A DNA stretch of 64,000 bases from Macrostomum lignano. Its lineage: Eukaryota. The position numbers were made by a program, and so were the translations under genes. Where the stretch lies: NCBI GenBank assembly GCA_002269645.1, contig NIVC01003780.1, positions 13,107 through 77,106 of the forward strand, read 5' to 3'. Shown in pieces: positions 55,201-64,000 of the stretch (position 1 is its first letter; each line of letters begins with the position of its first letter). The notes beneath the pieces are model-generated. The model was not told the DNA's origin. It ran no database searches and worked only from the letters and a program-made list of their open reading frames with translations.

Positions 55201-57302
55201 GAACTGAAGTCTATTGTTTGCTTGCTATATATACGAAGTTTTGGCTTCCTAATAGCTGGCACGTGCAAAACGATTACTTCATTGTCGAGTTCCCGTGTGA
55301 CGAATATCTGACGGTGAGAGTTCGCGTGCTGACTTGCTGCTACGCCAATTAGTGCAGGTGAAAACGCACGAGTGGTAACGAAATCAGGTGTCTAATGTCT
55401 ACTGGCATGGGTAGGAATAATTAATCGAATGCGCGACACTGCATTTCGGTGGGCAGAATTCTATCGCAAGCTATCAACTTGTTAGTTATACAATTATATC
55501 TAGCTCATAACAGCCGAGCTCCCAAGAATGCCCTCCTCTGAGAAGGCGCAAAATTTAACAGTTTAAATATTACGACCAACGGCGACTTTAAATTCAGTCT
55601 ACAATTAAGTATTGTTACGTCGTAATAGGGGTTTTAGCCTAATGGTTAGAGCGTCGGACTCACGATTTGAGGGTCGGGGGTTCGACTCCACTAGAAGGGG
55701 TCTCACTGAAACAGTTTGTGTCCTTGAACAATACTACTTAACTCTTGAATAGTAGAGTTTGAATTGGGTGAATTGCTTCAGCTCACCCAGCTGTAAAATG
55801 GGTGCCAGCATTAGCTGGGGTAATTGAGGCTGTGTGTGGCGACCCCCCAGTCCTTGGACTGAACAGCCGTATGCAGCCTTCAGATGCGCCGAGCATTAGC
55901 TGCGGCTCAGCTGTCGGTTGCACATCTGGCCTAATTGGGTCAGTTGAATTCTGACATGAAAAACTATTCATATAATTGAGATACGTAGTAAATACTTTTA
56001 ATGAATAATTAATGAAGGATTGTGGAATTAAAAAGACACGTCAACGTCACACCTGGCACTCCGCCGTTTTTTTCCATTCGAATGGATTTCAATATCCTGA
56101 TTCACAAGAATTGGCGTTAACAGCTATTAGAGCAGTAGCTATCTGTGCCAAACAGCAGGTGCAGGCACCGCTATTGGTCGCAATGGTAAACTTAGGCAGC
56201 CTGTTTTGACGCGAGAGTTCGCAACCGTCAATGCATCCATTATACTCAGTCACTCATTGAATCGATTCATATTTAGAATAACTGGATGGATGGATTGTCA
56301 CCGATATTACTATTTATAGACAAGTTGGGTTTATCAGTAGCGCTGTTGTATCATTTGTATCCGTGTCGCCAGTTTCTAGAAATGCTTTTAGCAGTCTACC
56401 TTCTTGGAGGCGAGTTGTTGCGGAGCTATATTAATTGCAACATTCTCCTATATCTCCCTAATAGCTGCGCCAGCGCTGACAATGCTCAGAGCCATCCGAG
56501 ACCTAACCAAATCGCAGTCTGTGGCCTGGCTGCAATGGTCAGCCTGGTCGGCTTGCTCCGCCACCTGTTCTCCACCTGAGGGAGTTCAAAAGCGCAGTCG
56601 TCAGTGCGGTGGCCTACAGACAGAAGTCAGCTTTGCCGACACTGCCAAATGCGGCGGGCACAGCTACGAGGAGCGCAGTTGTTTGAGTAGTCGAAACTGC
56701 GCGTCCTGTAAGTTTGCGGTTTGTTCGTTTTGTTTCTTGGCGTTATTTATAGAAGCTGACCTTTGATTTCTTGTGCACAGATTTATGTTCCCCGGCGCAC
56801 TTTAAGTGACATTGTCACACAATCGGCGAGTGACATTGCTGCCCATTCCGCCGACTCCCCTGAGTAGGCACACAAGCGCGCGGATACGTACGCAGGCACA
56901 CACTCACACAGGAGTGTACAGCGGCCCCAACTTTATTTATCGTTAGGCATATACATCACTGTGCCTTGCGGCGGAGGTTGGGCTTCAAGGCCGTTAATTG
57001 CACGAGCAGAGCCAAGCCGAGATTCCAATTTAGATTCAAATTAATGTGACTGCATGCACTGGGAATCGAGCCTGGGCCGCTGGCACATCAGAGAACCGCG
57101 CTAGTGTACTAGGCTACAGTCCCCATGAATGACCCCAGAACTAAAAAAAATTCTGTCGGATTTTAACTCGTTTAAGTTGAATCAGCAAACAAAATTTCAA
57201 GCCGTTATTTTCAGATCTACCATAGCGTGCAACTGCCGCTGGGCAGCCGGGACTCCAGCTGGGCACAGAACTCAAACTCGCAAATGCCTTAAAAGAGTCT
57301 GA
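52272..57302 (+). CDS. Gene C: type II membrane protein with a Gln-rich cytoplasmic tail, 4 TSP1 repeats and a Ser/Thr-rich spacer, ~428 aa; exons 52272-52636, 53581-53669, 53759-53947, 54835-55158, 56465-56707 and an uncertain last exon ~57226-57302
   Basis: TM PLMLLIFLIIGGLSV followed by CISIDRGPLC; GT-AG introns of phase 2,1,1,1,1 join in frame; canonical WSxWSxCSxTC...RxRQC repeats. Confidence 0.85.
55628..55945 (+). mobile_element. tRNA-derived SINE family 1 with a conserved central-domain-like block (Nin/Deu-type)
   Basis: Box A TAGCCTAATGG, box B GGTTCGACTCC, then TGTGTCCTTGAACAA and CACCCAGCTGTAAAATGGGT; partial second copy at 8109-8186. Confidence 0.75.
56790..57124 (-). mobile_element. 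tRNA-derived SINE family 2, minus-strand copy in the last intron of gene C
   Basis: Reverse complement of 57706-58020. Confidence 0.8.
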
Positions 57303-57705
57303 GGAGTGGTCCAACTGCTGACGGCTGACTGGCTTTGTTCTAACCGGTACAAATGTTTTAGAAGCTTAATTATGACTTTTGCTTTCTATATATCTCGTAA
57401 TACAATAATTGAAATAAGTTCTCTATATAAAATTTACCTGAGAAACTTACTTGTAAATAGATCATTGACAAGAAATAGAGTTGACTCAATATTCAGACAA
57501 GAATCTAATAAGTAGTCATGCAGTACTACTCAACTTCCTCCTTATGAAGTACATGCAAGTTTTAACTTTCACGCCAAATAAAGGCTTTTACCTACAAAAC
57601 AAGAGCAAATTTATGTAGAAACTCTCTCATTTTTTTCGTTTTTTACGACCGAGGCTTTAATAATACTTTTTTTGTCATGTTGCGCTCATCTGGCCTTGGG
57701 CTGCT

Positions 57706-58020
57706 GGGTCGTAGCCCAGTGGTCTGGCGCGGCGCTCTGATGTGCCAGCGGCCCAGGCTCGATTCCCAGTGCAGTCACATTAATTTGGAGGCTAAATTGG
57801 AATCTCGGCTTGGCTCTGCTCGTGCAATTAACGTCCTTGAGGGCCAACCCCCAAGGCACAGTGAAGTGTACATGCCCAATGATAAATAAAGTTAGGGCCG
57901 CCTTACACCCTGTGTACTGAGTACGTATCCGCGCTTGTGTGCCTGCTCAGGGGAGTCGGCGGAATGGGCAGTAATGCCTCTCGCCGATTGTGTGACAATG
58001 TCCCTTAAAGTGCGCATTGA
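57706..58020 (+). mobile_element. tRNA-derived SINE family 2, plus-strand copy
   Basis: Box A TAGCCCAGTGG, box B-like GCTCGATTCCC, AT-rich ATAAATAAAGT segment; three related copies in the window. Confidence 0.8.
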
Positions 58021-58174
58021 GGGGTACGTGCGATAAAAGCAGTGGAAGTATTGTTAAAAACAGTGAATAATGTTGATTAAAAGATCCAGAAAGCAAAAAG
58101 ATTGAAGTAGCCTCTGCAGTCATATTTAACTTTTACATTTATTTGTACGTACAAATAATAACCAGTTATGAAAA

Positions 58175-62964
<4,790 letters not shown>

Positions 62965-63441
62965 CTGCAATTTAAACACCGATTATACGAACAAAAAACC
63001 CAACCAATGAAAGCTGATTTTGTTCACGTAGCTGGTATACTCAATGACATTCACCAAAAGCCCCGGTGGTTGGCTGTAAGCTTCATATACTGCAGTTTGG
63101 GTTAAAGCTACCAAAAAATGCTGCTTTAATTAGAAGTCAGCACCATAAAAAACCCATTTGCTATAAATACGAAACTATGATCCAATCAAAATGGCAACAA
63201 ATTGAAACATCCTCAGCAACTTCGAAAGTCGCCATCACAGAAGATTCCGTCTGTGGTCGGAATCTTAGCCAATGAGGCTAGCTTAAAATATTAGGTTACG
63301 TCTGGCTAGGTAAGAAGTCAATCCAATCAAATTAATTTGAACTACATGTCACATTGAAGATGCACAGCAACTGAGGGAATGAGTGTGTGTGGCTTAAAAG
63401 CCCGACGCTAATCCGATGGCACCAATCTAAATCGTTCAAGA

Positions 63442-64000
63442 ATGGAGCCAGTCGAGGGTAACAGAAGACGTTCGTGCCTGTATTGGTATCAAGGCTCCTG
63501 TATCGCAAGGCCAGTAACCGCAACGGAGTGCGAGGCTACCGATGCAACGCAAAAGGCTACCGATGCACGCAAAAAACCTGCCCCGGCCGCACTACTGTTC
63601 AATAGGATGAACAAATTCGTACCTCCGCGCACAACCACGAAGTGGAGCCTCGACAGAAGGAGTTGCTGCAACTCAAATCGCGACTAAAGAGGCAGGCTGA
63701 GGTTAGCAGCGCCAGTCTGAAGGAGGTATTTGACGCAGAGTCACAGCTGCTTCCGTGCGACTGGGATCGGCTTTTCGAAGTCGAAAGCACAATGTATCGA
63801 CAGCGTCGCAGAATCATTCCTCCGCTACCTGAGGACGCCGACGTCACTTACGAGGCCCTTTTCGATGCTCCGGAAAGGTTCCAAAGCATTGACGGCTTCA
63901 ATGTGCTACAAGGACGTGTGGTCGTCCCAAATGGTGGTTTAGCCATCATTTTTGCACACCCTGACATGCTCCGCCGGCTTGCATGTGTGGCAACATGGTG
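63442..64000 (+). pseudogene. Mutator/MULE transposase 5' part with a FLYWCH-type zinc finger, frameshifted and containing a stop; runs off the window edge
   Basis: LLYRK...YRC...CPGR...*...SAHNH, then ESTMYRQRRRIIPPLP and IIFAHPDMLRRLACVATW, the segment that precedes the MULE DGTF motif. Confidence 0.8.

Noticed and set aside
55628-55700. tRNA gene (CAC anticodon-like loop)
   Set aside because: Acceptor and T stems pair poorly and the sequence continues into a SINE body with a related copy elsewhere, so it is a SINE head
63180-63300. Candidate first exon of gene D (DGIFC resembling the RGxxC motif)
   Set aside because: No hydrophobic segment before it and in-frame stops on both sides

Overview
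Eukaryotic, intron-containing invertebrate (metazoan) genomic DNA: AT-rich intergenic sequence, GC-richer exons, GT-AG introns and dense simple/tandem repeats. There are no prokaryotic genes or CRISPR arrays, and the organism cannot be identified from the sequence alone. The left half (1-31.3 kb) holds minisatellites, two poorly characterised coding regions (3961-4572; 9892-10460) and a nested transposon pile. That pile contains three CCC...GGG-terminal elements with 2-bp target duplications (EnSpm/CACTA-like), one of them a head-to-tail dimer. The dimer and a related monomer carry a Gypsy LTR fragment, the dimer also carries a TA-site element and a MITE (present in one unit, excised with a footprint from the other), and the monomer splits a Crypton tyrosine-recombinase ORF. 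The right half (31.5-63 kb) is a cluster of four paralogous multi-exon thrombospondin type-1 (TSP1) repeat genes: three on + with an N-terminal type II signal-anchor and a shared CxxxxRGxxC motif, one inverted on -. Gene A ends in PAN/apple and EPN-type C-type lectin domains. Each of the three + strand genes is immediately preceded by a Crypton remnant and clustered CCATAGAC/GTCTATGG motifs. Exon models were assembled by hand from splice signals and phase, and family assignments come from motif recognition, not database searches.
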